Positions 13,010-25,971 of a DNA stretch of 64,000 nt are shown piece by piece (the stretch's first letter is position 1; every line of letters begins with the position of its first letter). This DNA is from Catajapyx aquilonaris (lineage: Eukaryota), in assembly GCA_000934665.2 (NCBI GenBank), contig KZ538140.1, positions 62,001-126,000 on the forward strand. Reading direction: 5' to 3'. Made by a program: the position numbers and the translations under genes. A model generated the notes under the pieces. The model was not told the origin of the DNA. It did no database searches and was given only the letters and a program-made list of their open reading frames with translations.

Positions 13010-14758
13010 CATTCCGGAGCAAGAATAGTGTACAAATGTGAATTTTTTCTGATCTCCTTTTTTTGCAAAAAGAAATTTCATGATTCTTCTTTAGAAAGGG
13101 AACAATAATGTTTCGGGTTGGGTTTTGAGACGATCGAAGTAAGGAGAATTGCGACGGCTTCGAGGCGGAATGATTAATGCCTGGGGGTTCAATCCGAGAA
13201 AACCTTCTCACGGCTGGGAGGAGAGAATCGACAAATCCCGGAACCTTGCTCCGGGTTCCCGGGTTTACCAGCATGGAGACACATGTCGGTGCCATGTCCA
13301 CCGAGTAAAGGCAAAAGGGGGAGGTGGTTGGGAGGGAGGGAGGGAGGGAAAGGTTGTGGGAGACTTGCTTGTTCCCTCATCTGCACCATCACTCCACTTA
13401 CTTTGGCCCAATTACGCCATTAAAGTTGTATCAGGACCACTCCCGATGAGGGAAAGTTTCGCTCTCCAAGCAAAAGCTTGTCTCCACCTCCGGGTTTAAG
13501 TAGATTGAGACTAATTAATATTAAGTAGTTAGGATGTAATTGAGCTGTTTGGCACTCTCTTTTTTTGTACTGGTCTGCTTGTTAAGAGGTGCAGCTGCCC
13601 GTGTTTGATTTTCTTCTCAGCAGTTGGTACGTATGATCGTTTGAACTTCACAAGATGATGTACTACCAAAACACCTGGTTTTAGAGAAGGGTTGATTACA
13701 AGTAGCCAGTTTTAAGCGAATAATTATAATGACAGCAACAATTAGGGCTACACTGCACTGCTTTGTTCTGCAGATATTTTCGCGCATGTCTGAATTTTAT
13801 ACGTAAGTCCGAATCTACAGTACGTAAGTCGGAGGCTTTGTTGTAGCACACTCAGCCTGATTTTATGACAGATAACATTGCAATAATTTCTGTACAATAA
13901 TTTGCTCACACATTAGGTGAGTTGCCAGATGCAAAGCGCTTATGTAGGCTGCCTCTAAATCTGGTAACGCTGTGATACTTGTTGTTGGCAAATATCAGGG
14001 GGTCATGTTGACCTAAATTCAAAAATAATCTTTAACATCTAACGAGCGAGTACCATCGTAACTGGCGACGAAGCTCACCCTATCTGGAAACACTCGCCTG
14101 CTGGTGCTGCAGGGAGGCAAACAAAGTTGACCTTTAGTTCCGCTCCAGGTCTCCAAGATAGTATCAAAGATGATGGCCGTAGTCAAGGAGCGAACGCTGC
14201 TTGTCGATACCACCTGATCGAATCCGCCTGTATAGAAACAGAATGGTTTTTATTAGTTGTTAACTCTAAACGAGTTTGGGTTACTGCCGATCCTTCTATA
14301 GATAGCAGGAAAAAGGACGGTCACATAGCTGCATGTATACTCCAACTGACGAAACCTTCATGTTGCCTAGTATTACCAACCTAATAATACATTGTGAACA
14401 TAAATTCAGCTTTTTTCATATTATTGCCCTGTAATCTTTCTACTTGACTTTTTCACCTGAAAACACCCCCTAAAATTTCGCCAGCTCCTGGTATAAAGCA
14501 ATGGCTTCCAGTGTGTACCGAAGAAAGGCAATAAGTGAATGGGGGAATGAAGAAGGAGAGAGTGGTCTGGTGGTGCGGAGAAGTGACCTGTTGGAAAAGG
14601 CGGGGGCATAATAAGCAAGAAAATCCCGGGGGCGGGAGCAATCCATTACTTGCAACCTGCCGGAAATTTGACGACGGGGCGAAAAGGGGTCGTGGGGGTA
14701 GGGGGGGTAGAGCAGATTAAGCTCGGCAGGTCCAAAAATCAATGCTGGCAAGATAAGG

Positions 14759-14760
<2 letters not shown>

Positions 14761-14840
<80 letters not shown>
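14761..14840. repeat. (AG)40 microsatellite
   Basis: Read directly from the sequence. Confidence 0.98.
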
Positions 14841-14844
<4 letters not shown>

Positions 14845-17800
14845 ACAAAGCCCCGTGTAAACACTGGTCTCCATGGAGACCCATAAACAAACTGGTGCCG
14901 GGGACAAATGATTGCCAAAATTTAACATCCTCGCCTCCAGGATTTTTTTTAGAGTGTGTAGGTGTGTGTGTGATGGCAAGATTTTTTTTGGGGAGGTGAG
15001 TTGGGGGGTAGAAGGGAGGCCAATGATAAATGAGACGGTAGTGGGTGATAAGGTAGGTGATTTAGAGATAGGGCGCGGTCCTATTTCAGAGCGGGGTTGA
15101 CGCGCACAAAAGAGAATTTAAGGTTCATTAAAAAACAGGATGGGCCTGCCCCCACGAATTGCCTCCTGGGAAATTTTTTCGTATGCAGTAATCTCCGCTC
15201 TAGAATTCTCAGTTTGCTATTTTTAATGAAAATGGCGTTGCTTTTTTGTAGCTGCGTAATTGTTATAATTTTGCGACCCCTCCCTCCCATACACCCCCAC
15301 TTTTAATGCGAAAGTTCCACTCCAGCCATTCGAACAACATATGCCTAATTTCATGATCAGTAGCTTAGGATTTTTTTTTCATATATATCCTGCAACTAGT
15401 TAACTCCCAAAATCCACCTGTGAACGATTTGTCTATTTTGTGCCACAATTACTCTAACCAATGGTGGTCGTGCCAACCACAATATATGCCTAATTGATCG
15501 TTGTAATTAGAATCCAATTGGATTAATCACTGGATTGGGTTGCGGCCTGATAAAGTGTCAGTGCCTCTTTATCAAGCCATGTCAAAATTTGGTTTGTCAT
15601 TTTCTCGCATCATCAAATCATCAAGTCTATCTCTCTACACCATACTGACATTAAGTGTGACCCACACAAAAGTGGTCCAGTTTAATGATAAAATGTTACA
15701 AAAGATACGTGGTTGTGTCTAATATTGTTGTTTACAATGAACTAGCAGGGGCACGGCGATTGATAAATAAAATAAATATGTGCCACAATTGCAGAAGATG
15801 AGACACCAAATACCATTTTAAGATATTCGAAATTTTGGGCATTTACACAAAAAATACAGTTTTCGGACTTCCCCTTGAATCAGCAACACTTAAGACGTCA
15901 GTGTGCCAAGTTTCAGAACTCTCAGTACTCTGAAAGTGGGTTAGGTAGCTGACATACATAAATACCAACAAACTTTCTGCTTTATATATGTAAGATGACA
16001 AATCATTGACTTTTATTATCGTGACACTGTATTTTTTGTGACTTTGTGGATTTATATTGTATTCCAATGAAATAGTAATAATATTAATAAGTGGTATGTC
16101 TGACAAACCGCAGTGTATCACCCACAGCATTGCTCCAGTCCCCAGGCGTCGCTCCAATAACCGCCTGTTCATCAAGCAGTGTCAAAATGGTGGTCGTCAC
16201 TTCTCTCCTCAGTTCATCAAATCACCCCCCGTTCTCTGAGAGTTTTGTGAGTGTGGCCCAGACAGGCAAGCTCCCCCAGTCCCAAACTTTGTGCCGTAGC
16301 AGCCAGGCAGGCAGTGTAAAGTTGCACAATTTCGTCTTCGGGATATATAGTGCGATCAAGTTGTACGAATGAAACCCGACGCCCAGGATGACAGGTCTGA
16401 ACTAGTTTGGGCGCGAACAAAATCGCCGCCAGGCCGTCTTGGTTCCCTCCATTGTGGAGTGCCTGGAACCTCATTAAGGACTTGCAAGACGACTTGCTTT
16501 AATGCTTTTCGTCTTGGGCGCCGACGCCCCCTTGTCTCAAACGCCAAGGAAATTCGCTAATAAACTCCCTCTCCCTCCCTCCTCTCTCTTCTCCTCACCC
16601 TCACCTAAGAACACCATGTGATGTTCTCTGGTAATAATGGCCGAATGCTCATATTTCTCGCTTTATAGGACATGAATCCCGCGTTAAACACTCAGATAGC
16701 ACTAGCTCTTGACATCGTAAGCAGGCTTTGCTTTACAGTGCGAGAGGCATCCTCCTTCTCTTCTTAGGATGCAATTATCTGCAAGTTGCTTTGGGATTGG
16801 GCGCTGTGGTAAATGGGGACAAAGAAGTGCTTTTGGAACTAGGGGGAAGAAGGGGAGAAATTTTTGAATGGAAAAATGGTGGGGTTGTGACAAGAGAAGG
16901 GTGATGTAATGATGCTGTAATTGTGCGTGAGATAATCTGAGTGTTCCCTTGACCTTTGATGTTTAGGAGAAGACTTCGCCCTTGGGAGATGAACGAATTT
17001 TTGTGCACATTAATTATGGGGAACCTTATTCTGGAAGGGAGCGGGGAAGAGAGGAGTTTTAGCAGTGCTGTTGACGGTACAGACAACTTCAGCTGGGTAA
17101 GTGAAGTAAGTAAAAGCATTGCCAGTTTTGAAGTAATGCGATGTGTGAAGCACGGTAATATGATTCTCAAAGTGAGCAACAAAGGTGTTGCATTCTAGAA
17201 AATGTCAACGACGCCTTTCAACTATGTCAAGAATGGAACTATATTAAACGCATGTTGTAACGTCACCACCATTTTCTAGTGGCTTCTAGTCGGCATAGTC
17301 ATTTTAGTTGATGCAAATAGGCTGTAACAACAGTTGTGTGCAAGTGAAGTAGGAAAAATGTCCGATTATGTGTATTTAGGTATTCGCAAGGTATGTTCGG
17401 ACATAATCGGAGATTTACTCCTTAATTTGCATTCATACAAACGGCATTGCGACTGTCATATCATACAAGTGATAATGGCAACAAATGGCGTGAATGCGAA
17501 TTAGCCCAAAGTCATAATATTAGTCTGTATATTATTGTTGATTATGGACAATTTTTTGTGTACCACATGATGGTGCTAAAGACACCCTATAAATCCTGCA
17601 AATGAGGTGTACCCATAACGAGCTAATGATGGGATCAACTTTTTAAAAAAATCACCATCACAGTTTTTCAAAAAAAAAAAAAACGCTGTTAGCCCAACAC
17701 GGATTTAAAAGCACGTTTGAATTGTTGATGAACCCGATTAAGTAAATTGCCATTTCCATTCATTTCATCATACTTTTTAATTACGCTCCGAATCGAATAT

Positions 17801-17945
17801 TTATTTCGTTTGATTTTATACTAACCCTACTTTATAAACATTTCATGTGTCGTAATTGGTTCATAACATGGAGAGATCACACATATTTGAAAAGCCAATA
17901 TTTTTTGCATTTTTCGATGTCGCATTGAGGCCACCCTGTCCTGTA

Positions 17946-18026
<81 letters not shown>
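17946..18026. repeat. (TAT)27 microsatellite
   Basis: Read directly; it generates the spurious poly-Tyr and poly-Asn ORFs. Confidence 0.97.
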
Positions 18027-21000
18027 GCAAAAACAGGTTCAGCTAGTAATAATTCATCCTCTCACAGGTCCAGGTTGAAAACGCAGCCGTATAGCGTTAC
18101 AGGCTATATTTTTAGAGCATGTAACGCACAGTTCCGAGGAGGGTAATTATAGGAGGCCGTGCAATATTGATGCACAACCACAGACACTGTAACCGGAGGC
18201 AATGTTTTAGTAAGCGCCTGTATCTCCAGCCAAGGTGTGCTGCTTCTAACTCGCAAGCTCCCCGCGAGATTAATCACCGGAGGAACACTGTTTCAGTCAT
18301 GCAACGAGTATATATACCACCTCTGCCGGGATTTGACCAGCGCTGACATTATTCCAGTGTTTTATCGCAAAGCCCATGTGACCTAGGAGAGGTCACCGCC
18401 GAATTTTTAATAAGTGGCGCGGTATAACACGTGCTGATTAGGGGGAAAAAATGGAAGGAAAAATGCTGATAAACCGTAATGTTACCCATTTTACCCCCGC
18501 AAAAAGAAGAGGTAATCTTGAGAACCTTTTTCCCCCTACCTTTTAAAACGCCTTGAGAAGCGATAAGCTGTCAGTTATTCTGGCGTTCGGCAGGGGCTTT
18601 GATATCGGCGTGACATTTTCCATTTTCCTGCCCTTTGATTTGTGGTCAGATTCAAAAGTCGGGGTTGGGTACCTAAATCTTTATTTTTTTTTTGAAGGAG
18701 GAACTTGGGTGGGAAATGTAATTTGTTCAGAGAGGCTAGATAGGTAAGATTTAGTGCACAGGCAAAGATTACAACCGTTTTATTGTTTTTCATTAAGTTC
18801 TGACATCCTTGGACATATTTATTACGTGCCATTTTTTTCTATCAATATCTACGTTTGAATAAATTCCAGCTCTTTTTGTGTGATTGTGTGACGGTGCGTG
18901 ACATGCCCGAAAAAACAAAGTCAGTATGACGTACATTATGGACGAGCCAAGAAAAGTTGGAATTGCGAGGGACATGCATTATCTAGGGTTGCTGCACCCC
19001 CCATTTGCATACCGGCGCCTTCAGCAACTTTCTTCTCTCCTCCTCCTCTCCCCATATCCCCTCGGCCTCCCATTTATTTATTTATTTTGGGCCCCAGAAT
19101 TTCCACCCAGAAACCTTCCTTCGCCTTGCTGCACACCGCAATTGGCCAATGCATTGCAAAAGAGCTTTTCGCCAGCCGGGATCCTGAATTTTTCATCTCT
19201 TCTTGAGAAGCAAGTTCACTGCCCCTTTTTCCTCCTCAAACTATTTATTAGTCTCGAGAGGAAACAAAAAAAAGGTAGTGCTGGTGGTAATGGGATTATT
19301 ATTACATGCTGAGTGGAAAAAAAGTTGACCTTAGCACTATTTGGCAACCACAACTAGTAAATATTGAAGAGAGAGGTTAATTTTAACATTTCTTTACAGC
19401 ATTCATTGTATTGACGGTTTTATGAGCATATTTGGCGCAACAATAGGGGACGCGTGCACAAACGCGTTTTCCGGCCCGTTCAATTCGAAATCGAACAGTT
19501 AGCTAGACCCATCTGCACTCTAATGCACACCCATACACACACGCAGCATGTCCGGGGAAATAACCTCATTGGGCTTACCAAAAACAGCCCAACACCATCG
19601 ACTGCGATTGTTAATATACATCTGACACCAATTTTCCCCGCAAACCTCTTTCAGTTGAAATCGACAAAACTTGTAGGCCAACCGCTAATGAGGCCGCCGT
19701 ACATTACTCGCAAAATCCTCCTATTACGGTAATGAAGCCAATAGATTTACCGAGGAGGTGGTTCGGTAGGGGAGTGAGGGGGAGAGAGAGAGAGTTGGGA
19801 TTGATTTAATTAAATAGCATGTAAATGAGTCTGTGGAGTCGGGGGAAGAATAAGTAAGTCCGGACTTTAGTTTCTGGACGTGTCCACTGAGGTTAAATTA
19901 CAAGTGTCCAAACTACTTTGCGCCTGCCACTTGTAGTTTTTGTTGGACAAGAGAGTCTCTTGGTTTGCCTATCCGCCAGGATGAATGATTCATCCTGGCG
20001 CCAATGGGTTGCATCCAAGCCAGGATGCGACAATCTTTGTTTGGGTGATAGTACCCTGATTTTCCACAAGACTGATGGAATCTGTGCAAACCCGAGACAG
20101 TCAGTCGCTCTAATCCATCTCTCCCCTTCCAATTTTTTTTTCTGCCAACCTCACATTTTTGCCACATGGCTGCACTGTCGATATTGGCTTCCCTCGTGAG
20201 CCAAACCACCGCCGACTTAACGAAGCTGATAATTAGGGGCCGGATGAGTCTAAGGTTTCATTATCAGCCGAGCGGGGAGAGAGGCTAGCAAGAGCACAGT
20301 ATTGGACTGCGGCTAGAGTTGTGGTTGCCAAGGAAAGGAAAACCAGAAGCCTCTCTCTCTCTCTCGCTCTCTCAACAACCCTGCCAAGAAGAAGACGGAA
20401 GAAGTGAGGCTGGAATCCAACGAACCATTCCTCAGGATGGGGGGGAAAGGAGAAGAGAGATTTTCCATGTCCCTGAACCGGCAATGAAACGCTCATTGTC
20501 TCTGAATCGATATCTTCAAGAAATGAGACTTCCGGGGTGGGAAAAAAAAGTAAGATGGGACCACGCCCCAATTTTACTTGACATCCAGTGACCACTACAA
20601 GTGCATATCCGTTTCAGGATGGATAGTAGTAGGGAACGTGGAGATGGGGGACCTGGTCCCGTGATTGGGTAAAGACTCCCTAGGCGCTAATATAATCTTT
20701 GTAAGTGACTGGCGGCTTGATAAATTAGACAGCGGGCCACGCCGTGTCCTTACCCCTGCCGCCACTTTGCAATTCGATTCAGCTTGGGCCAAGGCGACTT
20801 TAGGATATATACCGCCCCTCAGCCCCCGTCCTGTATATATTTGGGAGGGGACAGTGTTTTCGGGGACTAATAACAAGTGCATTTGGCAGGAAATATGGCT
20901 TCCAGGCAGGAGGAATCTAGTTGTCGCAGGCACTCGATCTTTGTCGTCGTATCCAATTCCACGCAGCTTCGCGACATCTTTTCAAGGCGCATCAGGAAAA

Positions 21001-24000
21001 TGGGGCAACTTGGAGAAGTATTTTCATTACGAGACCTTTGTTTCCTTGGATGGGGCGAAGGTTGGGGTCACTGCCGGAGTGATGCATTTCCTGGTCTGCT
21101 GTCACGTGGCGGTACCACCATCTATCTCGTCCCATAAAAACTTATCTGTACGCAAATGACAGCATATGTTGCCATTTCCTTGAGCGGAAAAAAGGTGGGC
21201 GATAGTGAGAAAGTGAGGGTCTTATCAGATGTGGAAGCAGAAGGTGTGCGCACTTTCAGCCCCCCTTTGCCATTATGGTAGGCTTGGGAATTACAGTGGG
21301 GGCCGATATGTGCGATTGGAAGGGGAGTGTCGATGCGCGCGTTTGCCAAATTGCAAGCCATAGAAGCCAGGATGATAACAAGATGGGGACGGGCAAAGGT
21401 GCGGGTCCCCGGCAGATGGCTTGGTGCTTATTGCGCCTTATCGTGGTGCTGCCCCGGTTCTAACCTCACCTTTTCGGCAGAGGCCAGATGGCAGAGGGCC
21501 AATCTTGTTTGCCATCTACCAACCTTCATTTTGAAATGCTGCTGGCTGCTCTCACTCACTACATATACTGTACATACACAGCCTGTTGCGCAACACTGCC
21601 GCCACATTGATCCGGATCATCTGACTCGATTGGGGGTTGGGTCAAGGTAAGATGATTAGGTTTTGCCTAATGAAATAATATGTGCCTGGAGGATATAAGA
21701 CGGAAGGGAGAGTCTGCCTTTACTTGGCCGGTCTCCTAATGGAAATTATCTTGGATTTCCGGACCCAAGGAAGCGAAGGATCTGGGCGGAATGAAAAGGA
21801 GAAAAGCTGAATCGCGGCGTAAATCTTGTTCCCAGCTCCGTCCACTCGTCCGGATGATGGTTCCCCCGGATTTTGCCCTCCCAACTATCATTACAGCCCC
21901 TGCTGCTGGGAAACACACAAGATTCATGGGGTTTAGTCAGTTGGAAAAATGAGAGAGGTCCGGCGGCCGATAATGTATTATCGGCATGGGTAGTTCGTAG
22001 CGAGGCTGACCACAGATGTCACTAGATTCGTCCATCCCGGCTGGCATGCAATGGATGCATCCTCCTCACTTGTTTGATCACAATGGGATGGACACTAATC
22101 CCCGCTTTTCAGTCAGAGTGGGAGTCAATTGGACGCAATATGTTCAGAGCAAATAGGCCCCCTTTTTGGGGGGAAGTGGAACCTACGAGCAAGCTTGGGT
22201 CACTTTTCATCCTTGCATGACGCCACCGAAATAAACATTAGGTTGCTGTTCCTACAATTTCTGTTATTTATTTATCGGATATCTGTCTAGAATCCAATTC
22301 CGATTGGGGTTTGCATATAAACGTGATTTTGCTGTATAAAAAATAGTCACCGCAAGCAACACCCAACCCACCGTAAATGTTGCTTTTCCCCCTACCTTCC
22401 CCAACACCCACACTCACACCACATCCGCATTCAGATGCTGAGAACCCCCTCCTGCTCTCAGCCTATAGCATAATCCTCTCTCCATCCGCAATTTGGTTCC
22501 GGGCGCACGACTGGGAATCGAAGCCTTATCCCTCCAGGGAAAAACCAGGGGGGGTTCTGGAATGGAGGGGGATTTGTTGCACCCCCCACCCCTCGTACCC
22601 ATACCCGCGCGCACACACACCCCTCACTTTATCCCCGGTAAACAAACACGACGTTCGATCCTCCAAGTCGATAAGCGTAATTGTAGCCTGTACTGCGGAC
22701 CGCAGTGGCATCAACTGCAATTTTCCAAAATATGGACGAAAAATGTATGTACTCGCAAACAATAATTTGTTCCAAGCAAATCCGACTCTTTAGAGGTGCA
22801 AGTGAAAGGTTGGGGGATTTGCAGGGTGATTGATTCTAGGTGCGACCTGGGATGTAATCCGTCATAAGAGTGGTACTGTGGACGTGTCAGGTTATGCTCC
22901 ACCGGTTTAAATTCACAAAACAAGTTATAACGGAGTGTCGTGTGACGGCTGAAATTGTAATTTGTTCCACGGGGCTTCTGTTCGGAGGGGGGGGGGGGGG
23001 TTCGTATCTGGAGGCTGGTTCAATGAGAGTTAATGAATTATAAGCGAGTAAACGCAACGTGGAGTGAAATTTTAATGACTCTGCAACTGAGGTGACGCTC
23101 GGTGCGTGTCACTTATTGTGTCTCGTAAACTCGAACCAATTCTGCCAAGGTGTTTTGTCAGCTTGGAATTGATGGTTTTGATAATGAAAGGGCGCTCTTA
23201 GAAATGAGCGGAATATATAGAATTCCGTGGGAATAGCAGGTGAATTCTAACATAACCGTGTGTGATTATTATTCGCATAATGTATGCACGCACAAACTAT
23301 GTATACAGCAAATGAGCAATAATATTATTATTAATTCAGTCATAACAATATTCGTGTGACCCGTTAAGCGTAATGTGTTGTTGCAATAATGTTTACTTTT
23401 GAGCTCTGTAAGATGTCAGCTATTGTTTGAAATAATTTAACATGCCTTAAAGACTATTTATGTGCAGTTGAATATGTACTGTACATATAAATTTCGTTTT
23501 AGTAACTTTTAAAATAATATAAATAATTTGCTCGTTTCAGATGATGCCTCAGACTTCAATCCACCTTTTTGTCGGTAAGTACCCAGTTTTTCCCCCAGCA
23601 CGTCTTTTTGAAATTACCCCCAACCAATTTATCCCCTGGGGCAATGAAAATGTACGCAGGAAATTACCGGACAATTGTCGTCGTAAACAAAAGCATAACC
23701 CCCTTGTTTTGCTCTGGGGAAGGCTGGCCCTGAGGCAAGCCTATTTCCATCCAAGTCCAGAATCGACTAAAAGGTAGAGTAGCAAACTTTCAATACGACA
23801 TTTGCCCACCCTTTTCCTCCTCTATTAGTGCCATTAAAAGGGTGTAGGTGCAGGGGGAGGCAGAAAATTTCGTCGGGTAAATTACCCTCCTTGTGTGTCA
23901 TTGTGAGGGCCCTTCTCCCCATCATCTTGTTTTATCGCCATAATTAATTTCCTCGGATCGGCCTTCATAAATTCTTCATGCCCCGGTACTTGAGGGGATC

Positions 24001-25201
24001 TTCTTCTCCCAGAATATCCGGGGAAATCTTGCAGCCGGATTTGTTCTAATCGCCCCCTGAGATAAGTGAGTATAGAAAAAAAGGGGAGCCAGGTTTTTAG
24101 TGGTCACGAACACACAAAATTTTGTGCAAAAATCTTAAAGCTCGTGCCTTGAATATTTGTGAAACCAGGCATTGTCAACTGGGGGTGGTTGAAAAAAAGG
24201 AGGAAGGTTGTGTAGGATGGAAGTTTGTCCAGGCTCTTTTTCCCTGAGAAGGAAGTAGCAGCTCAGCTGGCAGTCAGTGAAGCTTCTCTAATGCATTTAC
24301 CGTGTTATTTGATCCGGGGCACAAGGAGCCTTGCGGAAAAGACCGGTTAATGGTCTTTGTCCTCCTTTTTTTAAAAGCTGGTTCCTTTTTCCCCCCTCTA
24401 GATATCACTGCGTGGGTTTTTTACCCCCTCCAGATATCATAGGTGCTGAGCGGCCAAACCTTAATGAAGAATATAGGCAACTTTTGTTGATACTCAGAAC
24501 CTTGCTAATCTGATAGGGTATCACCGATATTTCTTTTTTCTATACTCTGCAGTTCCTTGGAAGCTAACTTGGCGTGTTTGGAGGCCATTAATTTGTTTAA
24601 GAAAAGGGACTTTCTCCATAAACTTTGCCCACCCCGCCATCTCCACCCGAAAAGTTGCTTGAGAGGTAACTTTTCCCTTACAGATCGAAAGTAGATATCC
24701 TCTACTTATAATTAGCCGATTTTGTAAAATGAACAGTTAATTGAGCAACATTTTCGCCGAAACAATTTCGTTCAATAATCCTGGGCTTTTTAAAAATGGA
24801 GGTTCGAAAAGCGGCAAGAAAAGTAATTGCGAGGTCTCCACAAGGAGCCAGCCATTTTGACGGGCGATCTGTCCCCGAGGCGCGTTGCCGCCTTCTAATT
24901 CCTAGCTTAATGTCTCCAGAGGAGACCCGTTATCGATGCGGTAATGTCCCGTCTCCATAATATTGAATTATGGAGCCTGTTTCACACTAACTGGAACGGA
25001 AGATGGTCTCGTGTCCGCTCCCTCCACCGCCTCCCTCCCGCTGGCTGTTCTTTCTTTGGCCCCCCCTACCATCAAACACCGGAAAGCATGCCCACTAAAA
25101 CCCGGGTTCAAGGAACCTTTTATGGCGGGTGCTTGCCTGTAGGGAGGGGTCCGAACAATAGTCATCTTAAGTCCCTTTCACTTCCACTCTATGAAATGCT
25201 A

Positions 25202-25299
25202 GGGTGGGGCAGAATGAGCCTGGCAACACTGTGAACCAATCAGGGGGGTTTCGCGCCAAATTGGAGCAAGGGGATTGGGCAGGTTGAGACGCCATCTTG
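25202..25299. promoter_or_regulatory. Promoter-like cluster: GC box, CCAAT boxes, E2F element TTTCGCGCCAAA, YY1-type CGCCATCTTG
   Basis: GGGTGGGGC at 25202-10; CCAAT at 25236-40; TTTCGCGCCAAA at 25249-60; ATTGG at 25260-64 and 25274-78; CGCCATCTTG at 25290-99. Confidence 0.4.
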
Positions 25300-25392
25300 T
25301 AGTGTGGGTTAGGGTTCGGGTTACAAGGGCTGAAATGTGGGGCATCTCCAAAAAATTTAATGCGAAATAAATTTTCAGAATTACTCAATTAC

Positions 25393-25971
25393 AATTGGAC
25401 GGTGTTATGCAACAATGAGTCAACCCACATCAGAACCGTTTTGAGAAAATGGGCCTTGAATGTAACATCTGCGATATTAATGAAGTGTCCTTTTCGTTCA
25501 TTTAAGGCAGAAGTACGCAGATTTCGGCAGATTGATTTCAACTGAATGAAGTATATACGATCCTCCCAGTATACAGGGTGTTTCAACTTTTTGTCCGAAC
25601 AGTTATCGGAAAATTGCACGTAGCTGCTACTTTGTAAGCAGTGACTTGCAAACGGTGATTTTTCGGGGGAACGGGGAATATTCCCTGCGAATTGTAGGTC
25701 GAAGTGGCATACGTGCTGCCCGCTGATAATTGAGGGTCAAGCCTGGTAAAAAGAGGGTCACACATGCCATGGGATGTGTGTCCCTCTTTTTCCCCATTCC
25801 CCATTCCTCCGACAAATCACCGTATGCAAGTCACTGCTTACAAAGTAGCAGCTACGTGCAATTTACGATAACTGTTCGGACAAAAAAGTTGAAACACCCT
25901 TATGTTTATGGGCTTAACTCAATTTTTGCAACTTTGTGGGTTGACACATTATTGCATAACACCTTCCAATT
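25393..25971. mobile_element. Outer, older inverted-repeat element (37-bp arms) enclosing the MITE
   Basis: 25393-25429 AATTGGACGGTGTTATGCAACAATGAGTCAACCCACA versus the reverse complement of 25935-25971 AATTGGAAGGTGTTATGCAATAATGTGTCAACCCACA: 34/37 identical. No clear TSD. Confidence 0.65.
25574..25900. mobile_element. Non-autonomous Tc1/mariner-type MITE (327 bp) with ~105-bp terminal inverted repeats
   Basis: The left arm 25574-25679 (CAGGGTGTTTCAACTTTTTGTCCGAACAGTTATC...GGGGAAT) is the reverse complement of the right arm 25796-25900 (ATTCCCC...GTTCGGACAAAAAAGTTGAAACACCCT), with about 7-8 differences by eye. It is flanked by TA at 25572-73 and 25901-02; the right end lacks the terminal G. 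TA|CAGGGTG termini are typical of Tc1/mariner-derived elements. No transposase ORF inside. Confidence 0.88.

Noticed and set aside
13160..13196. tRNA/SINE-like A-box and B-box (GGCGGAATGATTAATGC ... GGTTCAATCC)
   Set aside because: The boxes are too close together; no cloverleaf and no second copy in the window.
14470..14979. ORFs with SL/ER dipeptide runs, and the poly-N/poly-Y ORFs at 17827-18146
   Set aside because: Products of the (AG)n and (TAT)n microsatellites.
25305..25323. Telomere-like GGGTTAGGGTTCGGGTTA
   Set aside because: Only ~3 degenerate units; too short to call an interstitial telomeric repeat.
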